From positions 224,001 to 288,000 of the forward strand of contig CAZFGR010000001.1 in the NCBI GenBank assembly GCA_964518475.1: a stretch of DNA of 64,000 bases, in the 5' to 3' direction. The notes below the pieces were generated by a model. The model made no database searches, was not told the origin of the DNA, and worked only from the letters and a program-made list of their open reading frames with translations. The DNA comes from an uncultured Nitrososphaerota archaeon. Its GTDB lineage: Archaea > Asgardarchaeota > Njordarchaeia > Njordarchaeales > Njordarchaeaceae. Made by a program: the position numbers and the translations under genes. The stretch's first letter is position 1, and the number at the start of each line of letters is the position of its first letter. Shown piece by piece: positions 27,565 to 37,401 of the stretch.

Positions 27565-28515
27565 TCAATCCCCGCCTATTAATCTCCTAGCACCGTCTTT
27601 GCTGATGATTACTGTATCTTCTGCTTGAGCTACAAAGCTGTTCTCTTTCTCTACAAGGACTGGATATGATATTAGAATACCCGTCATGTCCAATGCTGCT
27701 AGGCCTATTCGAATATCTTCTTTTCTAAATTTTTTAAGTAACCATCTTGTAGTAAAGGGCAACCCCTTTCTATTATTGTAAACATACCTGAGAATCTCTC
27801 GTGCTATCCTTATATGCAACGGCAGTCGGCGAGGAATTTCAGGCAATATACTATATATCCGCACATCATCGGAAGCTCTTGCATACCCCTCTCCATTTGT
27901 CACAAAAATCTCTACAGCATAGACTTCCTTTTCCTCTATGCGCCCTGGGCTTCTGACGATTGAGGACGTGGGAACTTCTTTCTCTCCATGTAATACATAT
28001 TGATCGAGAAGATGACCATTGAGATTTCGAATGACTTTAAACCCACTTTCCTTTACCGTATCTTCTATAATCCCTCCTATATGTGATAGTTCAACTCCTG
28101 GTTTCATTGACTCAATAGCCTTATTGAGTGCCTCTTTGGCAATTCTAATCATTTCCATTTTCTCATCGTCATCACCAAAGTAGAATGTTAATGCTCTGTC
28201 AACAGGGTAACCATCAACATGTACTCCAAAGTCTATTTTTACCAACATCTCTTCGGTTATTTCTGTCGTCTCTTCGGGTAATGGTGTATAATGAGCGGCT
28301 ACATTATTAATGCAAACGTTAACTGGAAACGCTGGATGACCTCCCCTGCTCCTTATCTCCTCTTCTATTTTCTCGGCTATATCCAATATTCTTTGTCCCG
28401 GTTGGATAATGTTTGCGATAACTTCTTTCTCTACGCTTTTTGCGATTTCAGCAGCTTTGATGTATTTTTTTAATGCCTCTTCGCGGTTCTCTGGAGTATT
28501 TTCCAAAATTCTCAC
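27565..28515 (-). CDS. map: Type II methionine aminopeptidase
   Basis: AFPVN, AAHYTP, KIDFGVHVDG, NLNGH and AQAEDT. Confidence 0.95.
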   Translation of the reverse strand: MRILENTPENREEALKKYIKAAEIAKSVEKEVIANIIQPGQRILDIAEKIEEEIRSRGGHPAFPVNVCINNVAAHYTPLPEETTEITEEMLVKIDFGVHVDGYPVDRALTFYFGDDDEKMEMIRIAKEALNKAIESMKPGVELSHIGGIIEDTVKESGFKVIRNLNGHLLDQYVLHGEKEVPTSSIVRSPGRIEEKEVYAVEIFVTNGEGYARASDDVRIYSILPEIPRRLPLHIRIAREILRYVYNNRKGLPFTTRWLLKKFRKEDIRIGLAALDMTGILISYPVLVEKENSFVAQAEDTVIISKDGARRLIGGD

Positions 28516-28522
28516 CGATAGT

Positions 28523-28960
28523 TTACTCTCTCGCTCTCTTCAAGGACACTATCTTCGGTTTTCCAAGCATTATCCAGTACTCAACATAAGTTCCTGGCTC
28601 AATTTTACTTCTGAGATTCTCATCGTCTGGCATTCTCATTTCTATAACTTCATATGTCTCACTATCCATAACTTCCACGGTATCCCCCATCACGTTTATC
28701 ACTTGTCCTTCGCGCTTTGAAATAACAGGTATAGGTATCTTGTCGCTCACCGGCTTAATAATCGTTCTTTTTACTCCATCAAATATTCCTACAGCAACTA
28801 TTCTTGCCTTGGCACTACCATGCTTGCCAGGTTTACTCTTCGATATTGAAACAACTTTGCTTGGTTCTCCATCCACGACAATATAGTGTCCTTCCTTTAT
28901 CTTAGAGACGGGCACGTATTTAACATCACCAGATATTTCCTCTGCCATACTACTCACCAA
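28523..28960 (-). CDS. eif5a: Translation factor aIF-5A
   Basis: SKPGKHGSAK hypusine motif. Confidence 0.97.
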   Translation of the reverse strand: MVSSMAEEISGDVKYVPVSKIKEGHYIVVDGEPSKVVSISKSKPGKHGSAKARIVAVGIFDGVKRTIIKPVSDKIPIPVISKREGQVINVMGDTVEVMDSETYEVIEMRMPDDENLRSKIEPGTYVEYWIMLGKPKIVSLKRARE

Positions 28961-29201
28961 TTTTTTGATCTCTTAATAAGGCTTTCCTTAACCACTTATT
29001 TGAATATTCGGGATAGAGACTTTATTACCCATTAAGTTTTACAATAATGTTTTCAAGAATAATTAGGGAAGACACTTTTTGTCAGAGCTTATTCGTTAAT
29101 GTCATCTAAAGAAAACAAAAGTTTATAAATGCTTCAAGAAGTCTATCAACATACTCAATGCTATGTTTTTTAGTTCACAATCTATAAAACGAGGCCCCCG
29201 T

Positions 29202-29471
29202 ATGGTTAAGTTTTGCCCTAAATGCGGATCAATAATGAGTATAAAGAAAGAAAATAACAAGCTTTTCGCCTATTGTAATGTATGTGGCTTTTCCACAGAG
29301 ATTACTAAAAACAAAAAAGAGAGAGTAACTGGCCTTACACCATCAGAAATTCGAGAGGAAACAGCCGTTAAACAAGGAATAATTAAGGAGAGACCTGCTA
29401 AGAAAGTTTCGATAGACGAAGATACAATAAAGGAAGCATTAGAACTCTTAAGCTCCTCTGAATCAGATTAA
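29202..29471 (+). CDS. RpoM/TFS-like N-terminal zinc-ribbon protein lacking the C-terminal ribbon
   Basis: MVKFCPKCGSIM...CNVCG; no second zinc ribbon or ADE loop. Confidence 0.65.
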   Translation: MVKFCPKCGSIMSIKKENNKLFAYCNVCGFSTEITKNKKERVTGLTPSEIREETAVKQGIIKERPAKKVSIDEDTIKEALELLSSSESD

Positions 29472-29611
29472 ACATTCTTGGAAGTGTACTAAAAAATGAT
29501 GTTGACTCGATGTTATGCCTGTCTTTATAAATTATAACTCATTATAACTCATTCTTTTTAGTAAGTCACATTTTTATTCCATCGACGCCACCTATTAAAC
29601 AAAAAAGTTTC

Positions 29612-31375
29612 ATGCCTCTGGGAGATGCCTTAATGCACTTTAATAAAGAGAAAGTACATAGAGAACCACAATTTATCTATCATGATAAGATAACTCAGTT
29701 CTATTCTGAGCTTTTTAAGAGATGGTATACTGATGATAGAAACCTAAAAGATCTTATAATTTCTTCAATTCTCGTTAGGGACTCAAAAGTCTTATTAATA
29801 GGACCTCCCGAGGCTGGAAAAACTACTCTTATCCGTCTTATAGCTAAAGGCTTATCTAAAAAATCTAATAATCCAAGCAATGGTGAGGAAATAATATATG
29901 CCAAAGTCATTGGTGCACCCGAGAAAACCCTTCAAAAAGTTTTAGTCACTACCAATATTACTAAGCTTCTCCGCGAAGGAGAGGAAGAATTCATAGTTAG
30001 GCCTATCGTTAAAGCACGCGTAAAATTCATCAACGAGATAAACCGATTTAGTAAAGCTGTACAGGACGCTCTGCTTTCATTATTAGAAGAAAAAGAAATC
30101 GAGTATGGAGGCATAAAGTTTACTACTCCCTCATTCATCGCTTATGCAGATATGAACCCTTATCGGGGAGAGATTGATAGAGCTCTCCAAACGCGTTTCA
30201 TGGTTTCTGCTTATGTCCCCCTAATATCACTACCAGGTTCAATAAAGGTCACACAACAAATGTTCCAAACAGAGAAGGAAGTTCGCGATTTAGTAGAAAC
30301 AATGCCTGAAATCTTATCTATTGATGAACTAGAAAAAATCTGGCGCGATACAGAGAAAGTAGCTATTCCTTTTACTGTTTCTCTTTTCGCCCACATGCTA
30401 TTATGGGCTTTTAGGGCTTGCAAATTTGACAAATCTCGAATAATTCCAGGTTATCTCCGCTTGGCTTGTGCTCAGTGCGAATATAACAACGAGATCTGTT
30501 CTCACATTCTTATACCTCCCGGAGAAAGAGCAATAATATCTGCTCTGTTATTTGCAAAGGCTCGCGCTTGGTTTTACAAACGTAAAAGAATTACTTACGA
30601 CGACGTAATTTGGATTATGCCTTGGGTTGTTGCACATAGAATAGAGTTAGTAGCATCAATAAAAGCAGAGGTACCAAATCCTTGGGAATGGAGTAAAAAC
30701 GCGGTAAGAACGTTAATAGAGACAAAGTGGCACTCACACGAAAACGGAAAAGAAACTTTTGGTGTATGGGCGAAAGGACTTGCACTAGCTTCTCTGGCGT
30801 TAGGTGCTGACTTAGACCACTTACTTAACACAGTCTTAGAGATGTATTACCCCGAACTTCTACGTAATAGTGATGGATTTAAGGCACTAAAAGAACTGAG
30901 AAGCTTAGCTTATGGGGAAAAAGACGGGCGAGGCGATTTAGTTCTACAGGAATTATATAAGTTGCTGAAAGAAAAATATACTGAACGCTCTAGAAAAATG
31001 CTTGCAGAAATAGAACCAAAAGCTATTGCAATAGCTTCTAAGGAGAATGTGGAGCTTGACGAGATCTTAGAGATTCTAGAGAAACTTAATGACCCATTGC
31101 CAGAAGATACTGAGAAGCTTCGTGATCTTGTATTAGCACGGTTAGAGGAATTGACGATCAGAATATCCTTAATGATGCCAGGGGTTGTTGAGAGAGTCAG
31201 AGAAGTATTACAAAGATATGGATTTTCAACCTCCGAAATAACACGATTTCTTCAGGGGCAATTACGAGTCCTTAAAAATGATTACATTCAAGCAAAGATT
31301 ATAGGGGGTTTCCTAACGATACGGGCTAAAAATTCGGAAATAGCTCAAGAAATTCGGGAGTATCTAGAGGGTTAA
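29612..31375 (+). CDS. MoxR-family AAA+ ATPase
   Basis: GPPEAGKT, FINEINR, QDALLSLLEE, MNP, ALQTRF and AHRI. Confidence 0.88.
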   Translation: MPLGDALMHFNKEKVHREPQFIYHDKITQFYSELFKRWYTDDRNLKDLIISSILVRDSKVLLIGPPEAGKTTLIRLIAKGLSKKSNNPSNGEEIIYAKVIGAPEKTLQKVLVTTNITKLLREGEEEFIVRPIVKARVKFINEINRFSKAVQDALLSLLEEKEIEYGGIKFTTPSFIAYADMNPYRGEIDRALQTRFMVSAYVPLISLPGSIKVTQQMFQTEKEVRDLVETMPEILSIDELEKIWRDTEKVAIPFTVSLFAHMLLWAFRACKFDKSRIIPGYLRLACAQCEYNNEICSHILIPPGERAIISALLFAKARAWFYKRKRITYDDVIWIMPWVVAHRIELVASIKAEVPNPWEWSKNAVRTLIETKWHSHENGKETFGVWAKGLALASLALGADLDHLLNTVLEMYYPELLRNSDGFKALKELRSLAYGEKDGRGDLVLQELYKLLKEKYTERSRKMLAEIEPKAIAIASKENVELDEILEILEKLNDPLPEDTEKLRDLVLARLEELTIRISLMMPGVVERVREVLQRYGFSTSEITRFLQGQLRVLKNDYIQAKIIGGFLTIRAKNSEIAQEIREYLEG

Positions 31376-31378
31376 ACT

Positions 31379-33082
31379 ATGAGTATAATTGAGAAACTTC
31401 ACTCATCAGCAATATCATCTCTAGAGTTTCAAAAACTACTTTCAGCATTTTGTCGGAAACACGGCATGTATCCTTCCTTCATTGTAATTGCCCCCTTTAA
31501 GAAATATATCGAAAAATGGGGAGAACTACCATTACCAAGAATACCAAGAGAGAGCTTCTTACATCCCGATGAGAAATACTATTTGCTTATTGGTCTCAGT
31601 TACCATGCCATAATGCCTAGGAATGAACTAAATCGTTTAATTCTCCGTTCTATAATTTCTAAAGCATTAGGTATCTCGTGGAAATCCCCTCTTGTATCAC
31701 AGCTTTCGGGCTTCTTCTCTACCTTATATGGATTTACAAAACTCTCTTCAAGTCATGATAATATAAGACACTGCAAGGAAGCATTAAATTGGGCTTGCTC
31801 CATCCTATCCTATCAGAGACATAAGCTTGGTTTAGCAGAATTCCTATACACTTATTACCGATTGTTAATGGGTGCGAGAGAAGAGAGCGAATATTACCCC
31901 TTAGCAGAGAATGTTAAAGATATCATAGAATCCAATTTATCACCAGAAGAGAAAGCACAAGCATTCTTTTTCATTCTTAAGGAAATTATTCAGAGAGATC
32001 TATTCAACGAGAATACCTTCAAAAAATTTCTTAGTCAGTACTCTATTTCGCTAGGTCCTCCACATTCAGAGGAAAAGGAAAAAACTTGGGGAAGAAACTG
32101 GCGAGCAGAGAAGAATAAATCTAATGAAATTTCTCCAGAAGAGTTACAAAGATTAGCTAAGATCGATCAACAAAACGCCTTAGAAATAGCGAAGGAGCTT
32201 GATAAAAATCTAGAGAAGAAAAAAGCCCCTTCTAAGCAGAAAGAAGAAACTCTAAATAAGAAACAAAAAAGTTTCTTACCAGGATACTCTAGTAGGCTAC
32301 GAATGTATCAGAAGCTACTCAGTAAGCGGAGATATATTGCTGCTGTAAGAAAAGTTAGATTAGAGAAAATCTTAGCATCTCTTGACATAAGACCCTCTGG
32401 TCAACAAGCTCTGGCTATCCGAGGACAAACTATTTGGGAAATAGGTGATGATGAAACAGAATTAAACATCGAGATGTCTGCTGAGACTTTTGGCTATGTG
32501 ATACCAAATTTAACCACGTTGAGAAACCTATACGAAGAAGATGAGGAAGGAAAAAAGAAACGTGGAATAACGCATTTTGAAATAATAATCGATACTAGTG
32601 GCTCTATGAATGGTCAACCATTGGAAACAGCTATAGATGTAGCCGTGGCTTTAATAGAAAAAGCTCGAAGACTTGAAAATTCGGTAGCTTTAGTGACTTT
32701 CTCAAGCGGGGCTTGGGAAGCGCTACCTCCCTCTTTTGAATATGACGCTCTACAAGATATCGTTCTTCGTCTAATGGCTGATGGAGGAACAAACTTACGC
32801 GGAACTTTAAATATCGTAGACACACATCTTAGCCAAGTAACGGGTCTAGGAGCTATCTTCATTATAACAGATACTGCTATATGGGATATAAATAAGCCAG
32901 AGGTACGGGATAAGTTGCGTGAATGGGCGCGTAAACATCCAGTTTATTTGCTTGCGATTACCGACGAACTATATGAAGAAACTACTTACGCTCTCCAAAA
33001 CTCTGCCATAAGATTACTTAAGATCTCTCCGTCACATGAAGCTCCATGGGAAATCGTGTTAGATGCTTATGAACACCTTTAA
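31379..33082 (+). CDS. VWA-domain protein (MoxR partner)
   Basis: MIDAS motif DTSGSM, GGT and ITD. Confidence 0.88.
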   Translation: MSIIEKLHSSAISSLEFQKLLSAFCRKHGMYPSFIVIAPFKKYIEKWGELPLPRIPRESFLHPDEKYYLLIGLSYHAIMPRNELNRLILRSIISKALGISWKSPLVSQLSGFFSTLYGFTKLSSSHDNIRHCKEALNWACSILSYQRHKLGLAEFLYTYYRLLMGAREESEYYPLAENVKDIIESNLSPEEKAQAFFFILKEIIQRDLFNENTFKKFLSQYSISLGPPHSEEKEKTWGRNWRAEKNKSNEISPEELQRLAKIDQQNALEIAKELDKNLEKKKAPSKQKEETLNKKQKSFLPGYSSRLRMYQKLLSKRRYIAAVRKVRLEKILASLDIRPSGQQALAIRGQTIWEIGDDETELNIEMSAETFGYVIPNLTTLRNLYEEDEEGKKKRGITHFEIIIDTSGSMNGQPLETAIDVAVALIEKARRLENSVALVTFSSGAWEALPPSFEYDALQDIVLRLMADGGTNLRGTLNIVDTHLSQVTGLGAIFIITDTAIWDINKPEVRDKLREWARKHPVYLLAITDELYEETTYALQNSAIRLLKISPSHEAPWEIVLDAYEHL

Positions 33083-33153
33083 TTTCCTTGCAAGACAACA
33101 CTATTTATGGAGCAGTTAATTCCCATCTAAAGTACCATTGTTGATGAAAATGG

Positions 33154-33783
33154 GTGCTTAGAATGCCAATACTTGCAAGAATACCCCCCGAGAAAGTTAT
33201 TGATGCCGCTCTTGCATTAATATCATACTTTCGTTCTTTGAAGAATTTAGTCATTCACGACATGCAGATAAATGGGTATTTTCTTTATCGATACCGAGGG
33301 ATACTCTTAGTTAGGAAAGGCATATCCGATGTGTTACTTCTCAATGATTTTGATGCCGTTAAGAAGTATCTCGTTTATGTGATGCGTAGTGTTTTAAGAT
33401 CAGATCTTATCACTTGGGCTAAAACTGCTGGTTTAGTCGAAATAATTATGAATGTTAATAGGGAGAAAAAATATGGGTTTATAGTGCTGGAAGTTTCTAA
33501 TGAAGAACAAATTTCTCGTGGAAATCTTAGAATTAGAGTAATCCTACGAGATCATAAAGATAAGCAATCTAACAAAAACATTTTGAAAGAAAACGGAGGA
33601 ACATCCACCGACTCGTTAATTAATGAAATAGACGAGTTAGTGTATCAGGAAGATCTAAGAGATATAGCCCCTCTCGATATATATGAGTTCTTCAAACCTA
33701 AGGAAATAGAGGAGATCCTCTCATTGATAGCAAAATTTGGTGGTGTAAGCGTGCTTATAGATTACGAAGAAACTCGTGAGTAA
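33154..33783 (+). CDS. Hypothetical protein
   Basis: 209-aa ORF co-oriented in gene-dense context; no recognised motif. Confidence 0.6.
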   Translation: MLRMPILARIPPEKVIDAALALISYFRSLKNLVIHDMQINGYFLYRYRGILLVRKGISDVLLLNDFDAVKKYLVYVMRSVLRSDLITWAKTAGLVEIIMNVNREKKYGFIVLEVSNEEQISRGNLRIRVILRDHKDKQSNKNILKENGGTSTDSLINEIDELVYQEDLRDIAPLDIYEFFKPKEIEEILSLIAKFGGVSVLIDYEETRE

Positions 33784-33893
33784 ACAATTAGAAGATTTTT
33801 TCAGCAATTACTTTTTTCTTATGTAATACGCCATAAAGATTGTTACTGTTGTATAAACTCTACGCTTAATTCATCGCGCTGTACGTTCTACAA

Positions 33894-35564
33894 ATGCGAG
33901 GGAAAAAGATGCCAAAGTACATTTTCGTGACAGGTGGCGTCCTTTCTGGTCTAGGAAAAGGCACCGTAGCTGCTTCAATAGCCAAAATTCTTCAATTCAG
34001 AGGATTCTCGGTCTCGATGGTTAAGTGCGATCCATATCTAAACGTAGATGCGGGCACAATGAACCCTCTTGAGCATGGCGAAAATTTTGTATGCGAAGAA
34101 GTCTGGGAGTTTTCTCCGGTTCCAGATATAGTCTTTAGAATAGCGGAAGTGGACCAAGACTTTGGTACTTACGAGCGATTTACTGGAGAGAATATCCATC
34201 CTAGCCACAATATCACTAGTGGTCAGATATATCTTACAATCATCCTAAAGGAACGTTATGGAGAATTCTTAGGTAAAACCGTGCAGATAATCCCACACGT
34301 TACTGATGAAATAAAAAGAAGAATTCTACTCACAGTTGATGAGAAAAAAGATGTGATAATAGTTGAGATAGGAGGGACCGTAGGAGATATAGAAGGAATG
34401 CCCTTCCTCGAAGCAATACGGCAGCTAAGACATGAATTGCCCCCAAACGATACTCTTCTCGTACATGTCACATATGTGCCTTTTCTTAGAACAATAGGTC
34501 AACAAAAAACAAAACCAACCCAGCACAGCGTGCAAAGACTGTTGCAAGCTGGGCTCCAACCTGATATCATCGTGGCTCGAAGCGAAACCCCCCTCTCTAA
34601 AGAAGCTAGATCAAAAATAGCACTCTTTGCTGGATTGCGAGAAAACGCGGTTATCTCAGCCCCCGACTGTGAAGTTGTCTACGAGTTACCCCTAATTTTT
34701 GAAAACCAAGGAATGGGAAATCTTATACTCCAGAAACTCAATTTGACCCCTAAAACGCCTCCAGAAAGGAATATTGTTGAATGGAGATCTATTGTGGAGA
34801 AGTTTAAACACTCGGAACTACTAGTAAATATCGCTATGGTCGGGAAATATACCCACATTAAGGACTCGTACATCAGTATTGTGGAGGCATTAAAACATGC
34901 TGGTGCCCATGAAAACGTTAAAGTAAATCCAGTTTTTATAGATGCTGAAAAGATTTCTGAGAATGAATTGAAAACATTTGATGGTATACTCCTTACTCCC
35001 GGATTTGGCCGTAGAGCTACAGAAGGGATGATCTTAGCCGCCAGAATAGCATTACGTACTGGAATGCCCTTCCTAGGCATTTGTTTTGGAGCACAATTAG
35101 GTACTGTAGCCTTTGCCCGCGAAATTATGAAATGGGAAAAAGCGAATTCTACAGAGATTGATCCTTCTACACCGCATCCCGTAGTAGACTTGCTACCCTC
35201 TCAGAAAGAGGTAAAAGTTAAGGGTGGAACAATGCGATTGGGGGGCATAAAGATAAAACTAGTACGTGGTACAAAATTATGGCAAGCGTACGGACAAGAT
35301 TGGATAGTGGAACGTTTTAGACACCGTTACCATATAATCTGGGAGTACGCTAAAATTATGCGAGAAAAAGGCTTCATAATCAATGCTATTGATACTGAAA
35401 ATAATATCGCTGGTTTCGAAGTAGAATGGCACCCATTCTTTATAGGTGTTCAGTTCCATCCTGAATTTAAGAGTCGACCTTTCGCACCCTCTCCAACGTA
35501 TAGAGCGTTTATTAGAGCTGTAAAAGAGAAAAAGAAAAATGAGCATCTAAAGAACAAAAACTAA
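33894..35564 (+). CDS. pyrG: CTP synthase
   Basis: GGVLSGLGKG, KTKPTQHSV, GICFG and QFHPE. Confidence 0.97.
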   Translation: MRGKKMPKYIFVTGGVLSGLGKGTVAASIAKILQFRGFSVSMVKCDPYLNVDAGTMNPLEHGENFVCEEVWEFSPVPDIVFRIAEVDQDFGTYERFTGENIHPSHNITSGQIYLTIILKERYGEFLGKTVQIIPHVTDEIKRRILLTVDEKKDVIIVEIGGTVGDIEGMPFLEAIRQLRHELPPNDTLLVHVTYVPFLRTIGQQKTKPTQHSVQRLLQAGLQPDIIVARSETPLSKEARSKIALFAGLRENAVISAPDCEVVYELPLIFENQGMGNLILQKLNLTPKTPPERNIVEWRSIVEKFKHSELLVNIAMVGKYTHIKDSYISIVEALKHAGAHENVKVNPVFIDAEKISENELKTFDGILLTPGFGRRATEGMILAARIALRTGMPFLGICFGAQLGTVAFAREIMKWEKANSTEIDPSTPHPVVDLLPSQKEVKVKGGTMRLGGIKIKLVRGTKLWQAYGQDWIVERFRHRYHIIWEYAKIMREKGFIINAIDTENNIAGFEVEWHPFFIGVQFHPEFKSRPFAPSPTYRAFIRAVKEKKKNEHLKNKN

Positions 35565-35616
35565 TATCGAAAACCTTAACATGAAATTAACAATCCTTAA
35601 ATCATCACACCTATGT

Positions 35617-36066
35617 TTAGGATCCTCGTGAAGGCACTAGTTCTCTAGCTTTCTTAAGATCACTTATGATTTTCTCTATTTCATCGGCCACTTCTCGGAG
35701 TTTTCTAGCAGTACTCATAAGCTTATCTAATGCTTCTTCGAGCAATTTATCCTGTTCCTCCATCTGAGCGAGCAGTGCGCTCATTTTTGCCCCAACTTCT
35801 GCTGCTTCCTCGTAGGCTTCTATTCGCAAAGAGTTCCAATCCCAGACCACTTCGCCATTCTCTATATCGAATTCGCACATTATCCGAATAACATCTCTTT
35901 TCTCTATTCCTTTTTTCTGCAACTCTTCAAAAACTTTTTTATTAAGTTCCGCAGCTGCTTTTAGTATAGCGTCATCAGATAACTTATCACCCAACATTGC
36001 AAAAAGAACTCTCCTAACTTTTCTATCATATCCAGACGCACGAACAAAACCAGTACTTAGACGCAT
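35617..36066 (-). CDS. DUF2258 / ThermoDBP-related single-stranded nucleic-acid-binding protein
   Basis: MRLSTGFVRASGY..KVRRVLFA, AELN, DVIRI and C-terminal coiled coil; GAGGTG ribosome-binding site before the ATG at 36066. Confidence 0.85.
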   Translation of the reverse strand: MRLSTGFVRASGYDRKVRRVLFAMLGDKLSDDAILKAAAELNKKVFEELQKKGIEKRDVIRIMCEFDIENGEVVWDWNSLRIEAYEEAAEVGAKMSALLAQMEEQDKLLEEALDKLMSTARKLREVADEIEKIISDLKKARELVPSRGS

Positions 36067-36253
36067 ACATACTTCACCTCTTAATATTGTAAAGGAAATT
36101 AATAAAACGCATTCTCCAAAATAGTAATAAAGCATTACAAGTGTTTAAAACTTATTTTCTCAAGCCATAAGCTAATAAAAGGCTTAAAGACTCGATAATT
36201 ATGGGATTGTTCGCTTCAAATTTTCAATCAAGAATTTTTAGCAGGGACGAATT

Positions 36254-37378
36254 ATGCGCATCAAATTGAATGACGAAGTGATCGATATTAGAGCCATATG
36301 GTTAGATAACAAGGATCTAGGAATAGTTAAGATGATCGACCAACGCCTACTGCCTTTCCAGTTTAAAATCTTCGAGAGCAGAACTGTCCAAGATACCGCC
36401 TGGGCTATAAAGAATATGGTGACTAGAGGCGCACCAAATATCGGTGTCGCCGGAGCTTACGGTATCTATCAAGCAACAGTAGAAGCTATCAATAAAGATA
36501 CTTTCCCGGAATATGTATTCGAGAAGGCGCAGGAGATAATGAAAACTAGACCAACTGCTGTTAATTTATTCAACGTTGTAAAGGAAGTACTAGATTTCTT
36601 GCAAAAGAAGTTATCAGAAGGCTTATCCAAAGACGAAATACTCGATGCACTATACAAAAAGGTGGAGAGTATAGCGAATAGAGAGGTAGAAGCTAACCGC
36701 AGAATTGGTGAAATCGGTAAAAAATTGATTCGAGACGGCGATAACATTCTAACACATTGCAATGCTGGCGCATTAGCAGCGGTAGATATTGGAACAGCGC
36801 TCGCTCCTATAAGGTTTGCGTACTATGAAGGAAAAAACATAAGAGTCTATGTGGATGAGACCCGTCCGTGGCTTCAGGGTGCTCGCTTAACTGCGTGGGA
36901 ACTAGAAATGGAAGGAATCCCCTATTACTTAATCCCAGATAACACGGCTGGTTGGCTGATTCAGCGCCGTGACGTTGATTTAATAATAGTTGGTGCTGAT
37001 AGAATTGCCATGAATGGGGATGTAGCTAATAAAATAGGTACATATAAATTAGCGGTACTCGCTAAGGAGAACGGAATACCTTTTTATGTAGCAGCGCCAT
37101 TAACAACTTTTGATCCAAATATAGCGACTGGAGATGAGATACCAATAGAGGAGAGATCACCAGAAGAAGTTATCTATGTATTAGGCTATGATGAAGAAAC
37201 TAAAAAACTAAAGCGTGTTCGGATAGCTCCGGAGAATTCAAGAGTTTTAAATCCAGTATTTGATGTAACGCCTTTTAAGTATATTGATGGTATAATTACG
37301 GAAGTTGGAATATTGAGAGAGCCTCAAGAAATTGAACGAGCTGTAAAAGCATTAAGATCATCTGCTACACAATCATAA
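36254..37378 (+). CDS. mtnA: Methylthioribose-1-phosphate isomerase
   Basis: DQRLLP, RGAP, TRPTAVNL, THCNAG and ETRPWLQGARLTAWEL. Confidence 0.95.
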   Translation: MRIKLNDEVIDIRAIWLDNKDLGIVKMIDQRLLPFQFKIFESRTVQDTAWAIKNMVTRGAPNIGVAGAYGIYQATVEAINKDTFPEYVFEKAQEIMKTRPTAVNLFNVVKEVLDFLQKKLSEGLSKDEILDALYKKVESIANREVEANRRIGEIGKKLIRDGDNILTHCNAGALAAVDIGTALAPIRFAYYEGKNIRVYVDETRPWLQGARLTAWELEMEGIPYYLIPDNTAGWLIQRRDVDLIIVGADRIAMNGDVANKIGTYKLAVLAKENGIPFYVAAPLTTFDPNIATGDEIPIEERSPEEVIYVLGYDEETKKLKRVRIAPENSRVLNPVFDVTPFKYIDGIITEVGILREPQEIERAVKALRSSATQS

Positions 37379-37401
37379 TGCAACTATTGTGAAGTGATGT
37401 T

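Noticed and set aside
29531-29553. Tandem ATTATAACTC x2
   Set aside because: Only two short copies without spacers; not CRISPR, at most an operator or slippage.
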